Shown: positions 13,503-28,002 of the stretch, piece after piece
Layout of the letters: every line of letters begins with the position of its first letter
Position numbering within the stretch: the first letter of the stretch is position 1
Assembly: GCF_964204645.1 (NCBI RefSeq)
Contig: NC_134029.1
Coordinates: 2,294,001 to 2,358,000 of the forward strand
From: Tubulanus polymorphus
Lineage: Eukaryota; Animalia; Nemertea
DNA: 64,000 bases
Reading direction: 5' to 3'
Notes under the pieces: generated by a model
Database searches by the model: none
What the model saw: the letters and a program-made list of their open reading frames with translations, nothing else
Told to the model about the DNA's origin: nothing
Made by a program: the position numbers and the translations under genes

Positions 13503-16500
13503 ATTTCATTCATTAGTTAGGAAGCCGTTGTAGTAATGTTTAATTCATTATTTGTCCACAACTGTTTCTTGCCATGAAACCTTTTATGTTCAATCTCTCG
13601 GTTCGTTGTTTGTTTGGATTAAACAGCGACTGACCACCGTGGCTGCATCCATATCCACAAATTACACTCCCAACGAAAATTACTCGTTCGATTGTTTTTA
13701 TCACGAACTACAAACAGTCGAAATTGCTGTGTACCGAACTTGGAGGTTTTATCGAGTGCTCGCGATCTTATTCTTGAGAGAAAACTAATACAGCTGACGT
13801 AATATTGACTTTGATAGCGATATTGTTTGTGTTCATTAATAGTTTTAAGTGTTCAATTCATGGTCAGATGTTTAACTCGTTTTGACCAACTATTCTGATA
13901 TTTGATTCCACCGCTGACTTTATTTGTGCAAACTGGAAAAATCTGAAAATAGAGAAATTCGAACTTATGATCAATTTCCAAAGGAATATCGAGAGAACGG
14001 ATTACGAGTTTGAATCTCCTGTTCATAGTGAAAATTATTCATCATTTCACAACTAAAGGCGCTTTTTAGTGAATTTTACGGATGCATATTCGTGTATACT
14101 GATAATGTCCAAAAAGCCGCCGCAGCAGCCGCAGCAGCAGCAGCTACTATACTAGCAGTACGGAGAGATGTGATGATAAGGCATAAAACTCATTGCTTAA
14201 TTGGTAGATGATATAATGCGTTTATGTAAATTTGATGCAGGTCACTTTATGAAGCTCGTCGTGTATTTACGTTGACATTTACGAGTAATAGACCAATTCC
14301 CTGATGGAACCGTTTCCAAATTTAGTTAGTCAATATACTACATCAGTTTTGCAACATTTGCGAACGGCACTAACTGACTTAAAAAACACAAAGCTAATGG
14401 CAAACACGACGGCGCGCGGTCCACTGCTCAGATCGGTAGCAAATATTTAACCGGCTTTTACGATATTCAGTCGTGTCTTGCATCATGCGTATTAGGTTCT
14501 TCTATAGATGAAGTAATTTCTAATCCCGGTTTGAATCAGAGATAGAGCGACATAGAGAGAAAGAGAGAGAGAGGAGGAGGGTAGATTATAGAGTGTACTG
14601 ATTGAATGAATGCGTTCATCCCTCAGGATCAAATCCCTACATTGAAAATATGCATTAGAAACATGAAATACGTCGATTCTTTTTTAAAACATAACATCAG
14701 CGTCCCCGCGGTTAAAATCAGCTTCAGTTTATTTTTGAAAATTACGGGTAAAAAGTTCAGTGGAGATTATATTAGTAAATAGATACACTCAGAGTTGTGT
14801 AATTCCTCCGAGATTTCAACTGAAATGTCTTTCATTACTTCAATAAACTTTCTCTAATGGATGTTCTGATCAAACTGTATATTCTATTACTAAACGATGA
14901 TAAAAGTATCGTATTTTTCGATGTTTTTAATGTTTGATGCGAAAAGTTCTCTCGGGCTTCACATTTTAAGTAGACCTTGCCGATTGAAACGATTCTAGAA
15001 TTTAGTAATAGCCTTTTTGTAGCTTTAGCTTTTCAAATAACGATAGAAAATTCTGATTGAAAATACACATCGCTTTTTACCGCTATATGAATTCTTGTTG
15101 GGAAGATTTTTCGATTACCAAGCGGCCATGATCCATAACTCTTTCTAGCTCCTGTATCGGGGCGAGAAATGCGCTGCTGAACTCACCTCGATATGCGGGC
15201 GATTTTTGTCAGTAGCTAAATATCTATCGTATTTGATAGATAAGAGGCCCTGAAACTCAATTCTACTCCAGACATTCTACAATTTCAGGCAAAGCGCGGC
15301 ACCTGTTTATCGAGTCCCGATGTTTTTAGATGAAGAATTCATTATAGATTCATCGCCGAATTCGCAATCAATTTCTATCGTATTGTTAAACGTATCGATA
15401 ATGATACACGACCATAACAGCGATGATAAATGCAATTCACAGACAGTATCCTGATCATTGCTATATTATATTGCGCCATCACGAACAGTGAATATGTGTG
15501 ACAGATTAATTGAAAAGTGGGATTACGCCGTCGATGCCATATTTATGGAAATTCGGAATTTGCTCTCGAATCTTATACACAGTCGTTATCGCGCAGGCGC
15601 CACGAGTTCGAATATCGGTCCGATTTGAACAAATACAGCAGGATCGCAAACGTCATTAACGGCGGGTTTCCACGGATTAATCTTATCCTCTTTCGTTATG
15701 ATGGTAATTTGACCGAAGCCATCATTTTCAGACATACTTTAACATATGTCAGATTGGCACCAGTTAAATCCGAGTCCTCAAACGAATGACGTATATTATT
15801 GTTCTGAGTTTACAATCTTGTCGGAATCGTTTCATGTTATCATTTATAATATGTAATGCCTTTTTGGTGAAAAAGCTGCCCTCATCCTCGCCATTATATG
15901 GTCATATTAGTGAATGGTCATCACACCTATATGTACCTAGATTATATGATCGCCACATTGGCCGAACGAGGCTAACGTTTTAGAAAAGGTCTAACCTTTT
16001 GGTTATTTTTACAGCTAGCTGTCGTGGGGTACCTTTTTGTGGAAATTCCCCGTCTAGAAACAAGAACTATACCCTTGTAGAGTCTGATGTTCAGTCGCAA
16101 GCTGCATTTCTTAGATGGATTACGATCATATGCGTTCGTACTCAGTGTTGTTGATGACAAATTCAAAATTGCCTCTGGGACTGTTCATCTGTTACAGTAA
16201 AGAAATCGATCAGCCTAGTGCCAATAGCTTCTTAAATAGCATCCAATTTTGAGAACTCTCATAACCTCACTAAAATAGATTACCACACGTTTGAGAGTCT
16301 ATCGTGAGAATTAGAGGCAAAATATTGCCTCATAAATACAGTTTTGATTGCAGAGCGTGCTTTAGCATATAACCGGCACTGTATCCTAATACTGTGTTAG
16401 TCAGTTTCAACAAACTGCATGAGATATAGAAAGACCCAGTATTTATTAATTCGTTCAACTTGTCGTTGAAGTTTGTCGTCAACTTTTTCCTTATCTACGT

Positions 16501-19500
16501 GTATCGTTCAATAATTGTTTTTCTCGGTAAGACTTTTTAAACGTAGTTAGAGGAGTTCTTACGTCGATACTATACTAAGTGATATTCCATATGATAAGCT
16601 GTTTGAAATCTGATATATCGTTGAGATCCACGTTATGTAAATGTAGGCAATTAATCGTAAAAAATCCTCCATATTGCGCGTACTAATCATCAATATGAAC
16701 CGAGACACCGGATCATGAATTACCGAGATCCGTTATCAAACGAACTTACTTGGGTTTGTTGCATTCATTGCGCTTGGAAAATACTTTGTGCAACGACAAC
16801 AAAACTCGAATATTCCACGACGTGAATCCGATGATATCGTTGATTAGAAGAAGATATCTGTAAGATTGATTTTCAGAAATCCGACACTGAGGAAAAATTA
16901 CATTTGCTGTTTTTATCTTCTTTTTTTTAATCGTCTGAGATAAAACGTCGTGCGTCAATCTTTGTTCGATGTGAAACCGATATAGAACGAGTTCTTCGTC
17001 AACCTGATTAAAAAGTTTATATATATAGATACAGAACAACATAGCGAAAAAAACCTTTTCATTTTGGGAGTTTCTGGAAAGCAATTTTCAGCTTATCTCG
17101 CCCACTCTTTCATCAACTGGTGCGGTAACATTCGGTCATTCGCGAAAAGTATGACAAAAGATCACGGATAGAGACGCAAAAGCAACTTTAATCTGGTTTT
17201 TGATTTTGCCTTTAGCGGTTTTCTAGTCGACCTACAAAACGATTGCTCGCGAATATCATATCAAAGCGAGCTAATCAATTAGGTGATTAAAGCCAACGCG
17301 CAGATGAGGCGCATGAAACGATAGTTGGTTTAAAAACGATGGTTTTTCATTTTCCGCACGATAGACTTGGTCACAAAGCATGTCGGTTTTATTGGCTGAT
17401 GGCGTATTGATCAAGATCGTACAGCGAATCCCGAGGGTTTGAAACTTTCGATTGTTGTTCTACAGCGGACTAACCACAAACTCGCTCGCCATGTCGGTGT
17501 ATTTGTCTATATATTTAGATGCATAACCATCAATCTACAAAAGTCTTAAGTTCCATCTCAGACCCTACCGTAAATACCAATCGTTTCGTCTGCAAATAGA
17601 GCTAGAATTTCTAAATTTCGTCGGAAATTCCTAATTTCTAATTTCATGGTCAACGCATCATTAGTTTTGGTCGATGTAGAATTTTCGGCGTAAACGATAA
17701 GACGGTGATAATTCAGTACACGCCTGTTTAAAGATCGCCGGGAGACTCGTCACAGCTCCGTGTCAGCTTATGAAACTGTAGTTGAAAACTGTACCCTGGA
17801 CACCGATTGTCATCATTAAACGACGAACAAGGAGGCGAGTGCACAAGACACCGGCATGCAAACTAACCATCTTATTTGTTATTTCTCCAACCTATTTGAC
17901 GTACTGTATCACTGGTAGATCCACCAGGTGTTGGTCGGTGTTCTACGCTTCAATTTCCTTTACATTTCGATCAAAATCCAACCCATATTTCTCGTAAGTT
18001 AATCAGCTTTTTTGTATTTTCAATGGTCCAGTACGAGGTATAATATCGTGGTGGTTTTCGTGCGCTAATGAAACGTTACAGTCATCAGATTGTTGATGGT
18101 GTCCTCGCTAGTTTCCTGCGCAGTCGCGAGTCCATTAAGCCGATAGTCAACGATTTCATTATTAACCATCGCGAGGAAAAAATACGTCATTGTGTTTTCT
18201 GATTCGTGATGCAGGCGGCATAGTAAAGTGATTTTCTGTCAGAGTGCCTATCCTGTCGTATATCTTCAACATTTCCTGCAGCACAGTCGAGACAGACATG
18301 TCTAATCGAGCAGCTCCGCGCGGTTCGTTCCTCCTACAATTTACTGCCTGAAATTTCCTAGTTTGAGTCATTACTCGAAATCACTTCTTATTTCCTTCGT
18401 GTCAGTTATCAAGGGTTTATTGTCGAGAAATATTTTTGAAATCGTATATCGTTCAACGGTCCTTGATACAGAAAAACCTGCATACCTTCCAAACCGGATC
18501 CTTTAAGACCCGTAGGTGAAAATCACTTTTATCAAAAGACTCGAGCCTAACTGACTCTGATATCCTGACTATTATATCCTGATACTCGAATCTACTTTTT
18601 AACCATTTACGTAATAGTGTTTCTTTCCTTCGAGAATGTGATTACCAAAGATGGGATTAGACAGCTAGTAATTATCAGTGACTGTGTGATATGTTATTTG
18701 TAAGAGTTGGTCCAGGTGATTTACTGTGTTGTGATAATGGGGGGTATTTTCTCTGACGTTCAGACGGACGCTATATACTCTATGTAAAGACCAATTAGCC
18801 CTACTCACCGCGGTAAATATATACGACGTATAAGCCAATAATTGAAGCGTCGGTTTTTATCATCATTGTTAATTCAGGTCCCTATATCAACCTGTATATG
18901 TGCGAGGAATGTCAGTTGATACACAATGTCACGGACATTTCATGGTCAATTCTTTTTAATCATCGTTTCGTCGGTAACTCGAAAATATTGTGTTTTATGG
19001 CCATTTCGAGTTATTCAGAGGCCGCAGTTCGTCGAAAATTGGCTTTATCTAAAGATTAAAGAAAAATTCTATGGTCAGTTAGCCACTGATAAGCTGCAAT
19101 CTCCCACGAGTTCAGGTATGATTTGTGTTATCGTTTACCGGTACTTTACAATTGATTCCCTCCGAGTCAATAATTCTTTTTGTTCAATATTTATTTCTCG
19201 CTCATAGAAATCTATTCTTACAAATTCTTTTAATTAGTATCATATGACTGGCTCACAATGCCCGTGTAGGTTTTTTCATCATTCGATACACTGGAATATC
19301 GCAGCAAGAAGTTTGAAATATCAGACACTGGTGAATTCATAAGGACGCACTGTCTGTGCTGTGTGGGTGTGAAGGTGTTATTTCATGCTATTTTACAGCC
19401 AGTTTCTATAGTCATAAATTGCCTGAAATTCGAACCGTTTCTCTCAATCTAAACGCGAATAACGGCTGCAGTTATAACCTTTTCACCGGTTCATGTCGGC

Positions 19501-20256
19501 ATCGAATGACTCAATAAAATTAATGAAAATAAATTTCTATCCTTTCTAATAAATCTGTCTCGCAGTTCACCGCTGGAATGTCCATTTATACAGTCGAGAG
19601 TCTCTAGTCTTCGAATAAAACTGACTTAGTTTATTCGAGGAAATTATTGGTAGAAGATGTTAGAACAGAATAACTTCTTATCTCGTCCAATTAAAGAACT
19701 GATTTAAGTACTCGTTAGTCAGTTTGTTTTTGATTCAAGTAGGAATCTTTAATTGTTTTCTTTGCAGTCTGCTATTGCTGTATAGGGATAATGCTTTATA
19801 GTATGATATATAGTCTAGAGATGCTTCGTTTTGTATGTTTGTAACAATAGAAATGACGATAAAAATACCTTAAAAATCGATGATTTCGATTTGACGACAG
19901 GTGTTGGAGTACGATTTGGATATACAGACATCTTTATGGTCGATACTTGCTCGTGAAATATCCATCTAATGCTAGATGAATATTCATCGCTATATCTGCT
20001 GCTGGCATCATATAGTTATCTTTCTTCAACATCTGCCTTTAAAAAGGATTATTTTTAATCTGATATCAAAGATTTATAACCAGCTGTTGCGACCGGCGGC
20101 TTTTACAGAGCGGTTTGTCGCTCTATCTCGAAGCTTAATCGATTTGTGCCGCTGTCTGCGGGTTTTTGAAATGATGTTTTCGGTTTCATTGCGACGTCGC
20201 GGTTTAGAAAAATGATTCGGCGAATCATAATTAAAGATGACGCTGGGTTGACTGAT

Positions 20257-20419
20257 TCGACATGGCGCTGGGGTGTTCGAGTCGAGATGGCGCTGGGGTG
20301 TTCGAGTCGAGATGGCGCTGGGGTGTTCGAGTCGAGATGGCGCTGGGGTGTTCGAGTCGAGATGGCGCTGGGGTGTTCGAGTCGAGATGGCGCTGGGGTG
20401 TTCGAGTCGACATGGCGCT
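20257..20419. repeat. Minisatellite, 25-bp unit gatggcgctggggtgttcgagtcga x6.4
   Basis: Near-perfect tandem copies. Confidence 0.98.
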
Positions 20420-23400
20420 AGGAGAGATAGCCGAATCGATAGATTGATCGCTATTTCGCAGTCTGCACCGAACTGTGTATTAAACGCATCGGAGCCCAGT
20501 CATCACTGATCAGAAAAACCGTATGCACCGAACATAAATAGTGAAAGGCAATTTTCTTCATTTCTTCGTTCGGTATTTCATTCGACGCATGATTTGATTG
20601 CTATTTATTGTCGTCCCATGACTATAATAGCAACAGCAGCACTAACCGCTGAGTTAAAGAGCTTCGTCCTGATTCGAGTCAGATTGACTCGTGAGACCAA
20701 TCTACACCGTTTATCTTCTGTTTTATCATTGATATTTCAATTCATTTGATGATCCTCGGCGGCTAAAGTAAAACCGATGTCCCGGGTTGGATTTGTCGGC
20801 GATTGTTTGTCGTGCGCTTGAGAGTCTTTTCTATCGAGTTTTAAAGTTATAATTCTTGTTTTTACCGATAAAACACTTTCCATCTACGCGATGACTGACG
20901 AGAGGTTTCCTTTTTTTCTCCGAGTTGAAACTTTGAAACGGAATTGATTTCTCAATAAACATTTCCCTCAGTTTTCGATTCGACCCGAACTATTTCATTT
21001 TGCCATTAGTTGCAAGAAAGGTAAAACGTTAGACAAAAGGACTAAGAACACCGGGACTAATGACGTAAACTAGGAATTGCACTCTTGTAGGCATTCGTTT
21101 CAAGGACTCTCCGACTTTCTGCTTTATCAAATTCCCCATTCCCGAGAAACTGACTAAAATAATGAACGACAGATAAATGATGGGTGACTAAACAGGCCTC
21201 GGATTAAGCCAAAGGTCAAACTGAAATCGCATTCAACGGATGCGTCCGAGTAGAACCACTACGAACGGAGAGTGGCCATAAACAGCGAATAAACTAATCC
21301 ATCAAATATGATATGGCCACTTTATCAGCTTCGTCGCAAAAGTGCATTACGTCGTCTTCATCGTCTGTCATTGAGACATCAGATGGACCGAGCTATAAAA
21401 ATTGGGGATCTATATTTATGACTGGCGACAATATCTTGTCATCGTGGCCAGCAGTCGAATGCGAGCGTCATCATCACGATGGTCGTGTGTGGTTAATGTT
21501 TATAACTAGTGTGATTTAATGAACGCTTTGCTGTTGTGTCCACTGCTTTTATCGGCAATAATTTTCCCCCCGGGTGAGGATTAACGCGCTGCTACACGTA
21601 CCTGTGTCCAGCCATACAGGAAATGAAAAATATGTAAATATCCTCGCATTATGAGGTGCGGCAAATGTTGGTAGAGATTCAGTAATACTCAATCATATCG
21701 ATGGCGGTGGTGCAAGCGGGTTCCAGCCCCGGTATCGTTACAGCTATTCGGGCGGCAATATGGGTGTTAACCGGTATGTTGTTTATGAACGGTGAAACGA
21801 GCGAACAGTTGTGTGATAAGAATAACTAAAGACGTTATGAATATGATGAAATCGTTTCATTCTTGCAAATGATATCTTCTGCTGCTACAAACACCTCTCT
21901 CGCCAACAAACTTCTTCGCAATCGTTTTGATAATAAATACACGCGTGACTTACAGTAAATACTAGTAACATGTGCGGATACATTTCTACTACTTTAGATT
22001 GACATTAGAATCGTGTTCATTCCCGATGTTTTAACCCGGACTTGTTTGAACCCCAAATCTAAACTCACAACTTTAGAACTGATTCCATTGGTCAAGTTTC
22101 GCAAACAAGCCAACTGAAAAAATCTTTGGTTCAGTTGCTATTGAAAAATCTATACTTTCATTATCGGCAACAGTTTAGACTTAATCCGTTTAACTCTAAC
22201 TTTTATTTTAACTTTAACGTTATTTGACAAACTTAATATTGACAATCATGAGCGGCATAACATTACCAGCGAAATGTACAACTCTTTTATGACACCGGGC
22301 TCTGAATTCAATTTCAATCGAGAATGATCGAGTCTTTTTCGCCAAAGAATCTAACCTTAAATCTGAGTCATGTTAATCGCCTTCGTAGTTGATTAAACTT
22401 ATTTTACAGTTGAGTCAAAACCGTTTCTACCGTAACTTTCAGCAGTTTCAGAGTAATTTCAGTGTTTTTCATGCATAGCTCATTGTGGATTCAGGGTGAG
22501 ACTGGCGGTTTATAATTCCCATGGTCCGTCACCGGTCTCTGTGTGCACGCCGTTTATATTTCAAATGTGTTGATGAAGTATCGAAGCTCGGTTCTTCTCA
22601 CTGGAGACATGCTAACTAGCATTCGCACGAATTTAGAAAATTGCTTCTCGCTCATGGCGTATGCGAGGCGGTTTATTCTTTTGCTTCAGACGATTTTTGT
22701 CACGCAATTCGTCCATATAATAAGCTCATTTCGAGCTCGGGTACCTGTAACGACGAAGCAGTAACGTTGTCGTCACGATAAAATTGCAGAAGTACAAACC
22801 GGTTCAGCTGGGATTTAGATGTCAAATAATAACTATGCGCAGAACAGGGCTAGATTTCGCGCAGAAAGTTACAGCGGAGGAAAAGCAAATTGAAAACGGT
22901 TCTGGTGGCGATGAGACTCTCTCTCTCTCTCTCTTACTGGTGTGACACACGCTTTAACAATGTGCCAGCAGAGAAGAAGACAGATGAAGAATATATTTCT
23001 ACGATGTCTTTGGCAATGTTCACACGACAACTCATAATTGATTTTGCTTGTTTCGCGCGCTGATGCAGCGTATTCACTTTTCAATCCCGGCAGAAGTAAC
23101 CGCTGTTCACAGATTCGTATTAGACTCGTCGAATGTTCTCCAGTAAAACCCGCCGTTTAAAAATCGGATTACTTTTATAGCGGTAGAATTTCTGCAATGG
23201 CCGGAATATCATATCTAAAAATGGGCTTTCACTAGTAATCATTTGAAAATGGAAACCAATTTGAATAGTACTGTATTAGGTTATCGATTTTGGAATTTAT
23301 CGGATTCCTTTAACCCGCTTAGCCTGACCTTGACCGAGTTAAACTAGAACTCATCTTTTCATGTTACCGATGATATTTTGCAGATAAGACGCTTACAAGA

Positions 23401-24226
23401 TTTTGAAAGGTTGTTTTATTGTTTTATATCCAGAGATGTCTTTTATACCCAGTTCCACAGTTTCCAAAAAAGTTCACGTCTATTGTTGGGAAAAGTGAAA
23501 AATTAGACGAAGTTTGATTACCACATCCTGGATGGAACTTTCACGAGTGTGCCCCAGTTTCCTCTAGACTACAGGAAGAGTATAATGTTTGATAGGTTAA
23601 ATCGAGCTGTACTGCGCCACGGCAATCAGACAGAAGAGAAAAAACCCTATGACCGCTAGATATCAATTTGATCATCTGCGTGGCGTCGGCGATTGCTGTA
23701 ATCATGAATGTGGCTTCACTAGGACTCGTCGCTGATTGAAATCACATTCATAAGCTAACAATGCAGAAAATTGACCGTAATGGCACCAAGAACTATACCT
23801 AATATGACTGTCATTGACGGTAGAGTTTCAGCGTGGACGATGCGACCTAACTGGAGACCGTATTCGACTACATCAATCATCAGCTTTATTTGCGGTCGAC
23901 AGTGCATGCGCCGCTCAATGATTCGTTATCGCTGATGATTTCAGATATAATACTCTCTCAGCTCTCGCCAAATGTTCCCCATATTTGATTGGATTCCCGA
24001 ATGGATTTAGTCAGCGGGGAATTTTTTTAAACGTCTCAGCGGTCAACTGCAGCGGGATCCTGTACGGGGAGGGAAGGGGGAGAGGGAGGGGGTATTAAGG
24101 GTCGTTTGTTTGCGGTACGATGACTGAGCGTGAACTGGTCATCGCCGGAGTCCACTATTCACAATGAGACCGAATTGAATAATTCGATCAAAAACCGACT
24201 AAGCTCCTAACAATGGCGATATGGTG

Positions 24227-24275
24227 ACTTCCGGGTCCTGTCGTGTAAATCAATGACGTCATATCGATCACGTGA
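24227..24275. promoter_or_regulatory. Promoter-like motif cluster: ETS (ACTTCCGG), CRE (TGACGTCA), USF-type E-box (TCACGTGA)
   Basis: Three perfect 8-mers within 49 bp (24227, 24254, 24268), with a G-tract at 24066-24092 upstream. Confidence 0.5.
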
Positions 24276-24660
24276 CTAAGACACACAGCCACTCGCTCCT
24301 AAAACATCGGGGAACTTTTTAGAGAAAATCAGAATATTAGATTTATTTTTCTAACTGAAAACTTTTGGTTCGCGCCGCTAATGATCATACATCGATTAGT
24401 ATCGAATACATTTTGCGATGTCTCAAATGATAGCGCACTTAATAAGAGGCATAACGCGCGCGCTAATGCGACTTGAAAGTGAAAACTGATTGAGGCTTAA
24501 CAACTAAAAATTGATGCGAAATGAGCCCAATTTAATGATCGGAAAACACTTCCTCGCCACGCATTCATATTCGGACGCGTTCGTTGCGCATTTTTCTGTC
24601 AGTTCTTTGTGTATTTTTTTCGTTCTAATTGACATCATGTGCGTTCGTTATATTTTGCAG

Positions 24661-24762
24661 CGCCGACGCACGTTCAACTTATCGACAAACGGCACTACGG
24701 AAAATCAGTCAACGTATGACAACCAACGTACGGCTATAAAGAACAAACAGTTTGAGATGCAG
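24661..24762 (+). CDS. Internal coding exon (phase 0-0, 34 aa RRRTFNLSTNGTTENQSTYDNQRTAIKNKQFEMQ) of a putative protocadherin-like cytoplasmic tail
   Basis: Acceptor tattttgcag| preceded by a pyrimidine tract and a ctaat branch-like motif; donor CAG|gtaagg; 102 nt open frame that splices in frame to 26888. Confidence 0.7.
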
Positions 24763-26887
24763 GTAAGGTCAACTGGTCACTACAACTGATACTTGTCGTA
24801 TTGACTGTGAACATGTCACAGTAGTATTGTCAGAAAAAAGAGCACTAGTCCACTGGCCCCAGGGGCACCAATTACCAAAACGTTGATTAAACCACCAGAA
24901 CCCAATTTCCACAATTTTGGCTTAGATTTTGACTCTGGCCTTGTTGAAAAATTGGAAATGTACTAATTATAACTCTGATAACTTAACCGACAACCGATGA
25001 TGCAATTTAAATCGTCACTATGTCAACACTATCCACTATAGTGAACTCTGGGCAACTGGCCCTGATTTTCTAAACTCACATTACCTCATCATCCTCATTC
25101 TCCTCACGAATCTATTTTATTCTCTAAACGGAGCTGTTATCATCATTGTGTCGATGATATTGAGATAGTTGGATCTCCGATCTCAATAATTCAAACAGAG
25201 AAACGATCAGGTCACTGTGATAAAAAAGAAAGGCTTTTAGCCTTAAAACTTGCTACAAATCTCTGTCGTGGTCTATTGCACTGGTGCAAAATGGGAAACG
25301 TATTTTTCGATTTCATTAGCTGCATATTTTTGAGTTAAGACCTAACTGGGAGTTAGAGCTAATTTTCACTGCTTAGAGATAACTGAACAAGTTCACATGG
25401 CAAGGTGTGCGCTTTTATGCCGCATCTGTTCCAAGGTTACTGATATAACCACAAGAGCATCTTTAAACTGAAATTCATTAATTTACTACTGCATAATTCA
25501 CATCTATTTTGTCTTTTGATCAATCAAGTCTCAAAGGCAAAACTGCACCGCTGTCTATGTGACTGTCGACTGGTGTCTTTCTCAATTACTCACGATCCGA
25601 CTTCCCGCGTCTCCAGATGATTTTAATGTTTGAAATCGCCGGCGGCGTTTGAGAAATTTAAATGATGAATGTAAATAGCTCGTTCCTTTGAACCTTGCAA
25701 GAAAATTCACCGCCTTCAGCCGGCTTCCACGAACGCGCTACCGAGATGGGCTTAATGAGGATGAATTGTAGACGATCTCTTAATTATCGCATTCGGTGGA
25801 AATTGAGCTGTGAGTGTTGCGAATCTAAGACGATCGCTGATCGAAAATGAAGCCTTATTCAGTCGATTTCACCGACTCAATTCGTCGGATATCCATCGGA
25901 TAATTATCTGATTTTTCACCGGCCGGTCGTTAACTATATCCCGTACTGTCTAAGACCCTGCGGGCAGATAGACGACTGGATCATGACCGGGACACAGTGA
26001 ACACATATATTGCGACGTAGTCAAAATCGCTCTTTTAAGACTGGTCTTAAGTTTCATTTTAAAAATGGTCTTAAGTTGTCAGATTGGCAGTATCACCCTG
26101 GCCTTAAAGTTACTAATGTGCAACTTATAACTGAATTATGTTGCCTTACGCAGTTGCTTAGAATTACGATATATTTCTACAAATATATTCCAGAACACTG
26201 GACTGAATCTAACTCTGTTCGAAAACAGTCAACTGTACAACTGGATCATGTGTCACTCTGTGTTGGGCATTCTTCAGTTATTTCCAAGACATCACAAGAT
26301 ATCCTCCAGTTCTAACTCGCCAGTTCTATGCATCACAATCGTGTACATCGTCATTATCCATCGAGTCGATGCCTGCTTTACCTTCCTATCGATTTCTTCA
26401 TGATCTGGGAATATCATCTCTGAATGGCTTACTAAGCCAATACAACCTAAAAACCTGTATAAATATCTGTGCTGTTTTTAACGTATCCGCGCTGTATTTC
26501 ATGCTGCAACGATATAAAGATCCTGAAATAACAGCAGATCACCTCGACTAATGATAAGAGTAATCTTTGGGAGAGAACCGCACGCACTGGGCAGCCACCA
26601 CGAAAAACCATTTGGTCACAAGTAGTTTGTCCTTCTCAAAACTAAATTTGTGCTCAAGTTTCCGGAGATACTAATATTTTTATAAGCTTTTTAATCTTTT
26701 ATAGATGCTGACTATACAGGATCAGTTGATTGATCTATTCGATGTATTTATACCTGAGTGTATACCGCAGAGATCCTCATATAGAAGGAATCATCTGACC
26801 ACCCTGTTGTATACGGCGATCAGTAAAGCTTTGATCGAGTCCAGCAAAAGCGTGTTTAACCAGTTCGTTTACGTTGTATTCTTACAG

Positions 26888-27068
26888 TTGATCGAGCAGT
26901 TAGAAAACAACAAATTACTGAAGCGTATCTGTGATAGTGAAAGTGAAACATCCACAAACCCGAGTAGTTTAGCTGATAGCGGACAGGGTGGCAGTGTAGA
27001 TGATTGCAGCAGTAAACATGCTGCATACATGCTCAGTGTTGCCCAGCCTCCTTTAACCACATTTAAAG
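26888..27068 (+). CDS. Internal coding exon (phase 0-1) LIEQLENNKLLKRICDSESETSTNPSSLADSGQGGSVDD...TTFK, protocadherin-like cytoplasmic motif
   Basis: Acceptor ttgtattcttacag|, donor AAG|gtaaat; 181 nt. The D-x-E-S-E...DSGQGGS-x-DD motif resembles the DSGRGGS motif I recall from invertebrate protocadherin tails (recalled, not searched). Confidence 0.75.
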
Positions 27069-28002
27069 GTAAATAGTAAATTCCTCTCGTAGCCAAAATG
27101 GAGAGGGAGGAGGGTGACTTGGAGCTTTCGATTTAGGGGGGGGGGGGCGACCGAGGCCTACAAAACAATAAATCTTCTCTGTCTTTGTATACATGTTTAT
27201 TTTCCTAGTATAATCGAGACCACAAGCCACAGATACAACCTAAAAACCTGTATGAATATCCGTGCTACGATATTTAATAAAGATACCATATCAAAATGTT
27301 ACTCGACACTAGTTTACTAAATAGCCCTTTGAGAAAACTCATTCATGATCGGAGTTTGTGGCCTAGTTTGAAACTTATCTTTTACGTATCCCGATATTTG
27401 AAACGTCGAACCGAAGCAACGACAGGCTTCATTAGCCTTGAATGATCGTTACTTTCCAACCGCTAGAAAACATTTGAATTAATCATGAAAACTGAGGAGA
27501 GGAAAGTTTTCTAAATTGATAAATTCACTGGTTTTTGTGTTATAAGTTTTACCGGCAAATTAATCAAGACTTCATCAAACTGATCGACAGGATAACAATA
27601 CGCCCTGGTGATGAGTTATCTAGTTTTCATTCAAATTTTTATCGCTATTTGAGTCATTTCACAAAAACCGTCTCCGCTGTCCCTCGCAATCACAGTCTGC
27701 TAGACCGGTGTTGATTACAGTCGATAATATGAGATGAAAAAATATCATGTCGTATTCCCCACGAGATGAACGGAAAGTTTGTTTTGGAAAAAACCTCGAG
27801 CTTTCGACGGAAAACCTTTTTTTTTCGATTATCAAGTGTGTAATGTACGATACTAGTATACAGAAAAAAACCTCTAAGTGTAGTAGAATAGTGCTATAAT
27901 CCCCGAGATAGAATAACAGCCGCTTTTTGTCCGCTATACAATAAGGTTTTTTTCTCTTCTTGTTACTTAAAACGTTGTATGTTTCTTTCTTCTCGCAAAC
28001 AG

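Noticed and set aside
26705-26887. ATG-started 5' extension of the ORF at 26705
   Set aside because: A stronger acceptor at 26887 explains the conserved-looking part, and the extension translates a pyrimidine tract. An alternative in-frame acceptor at 26704 is not excluded.
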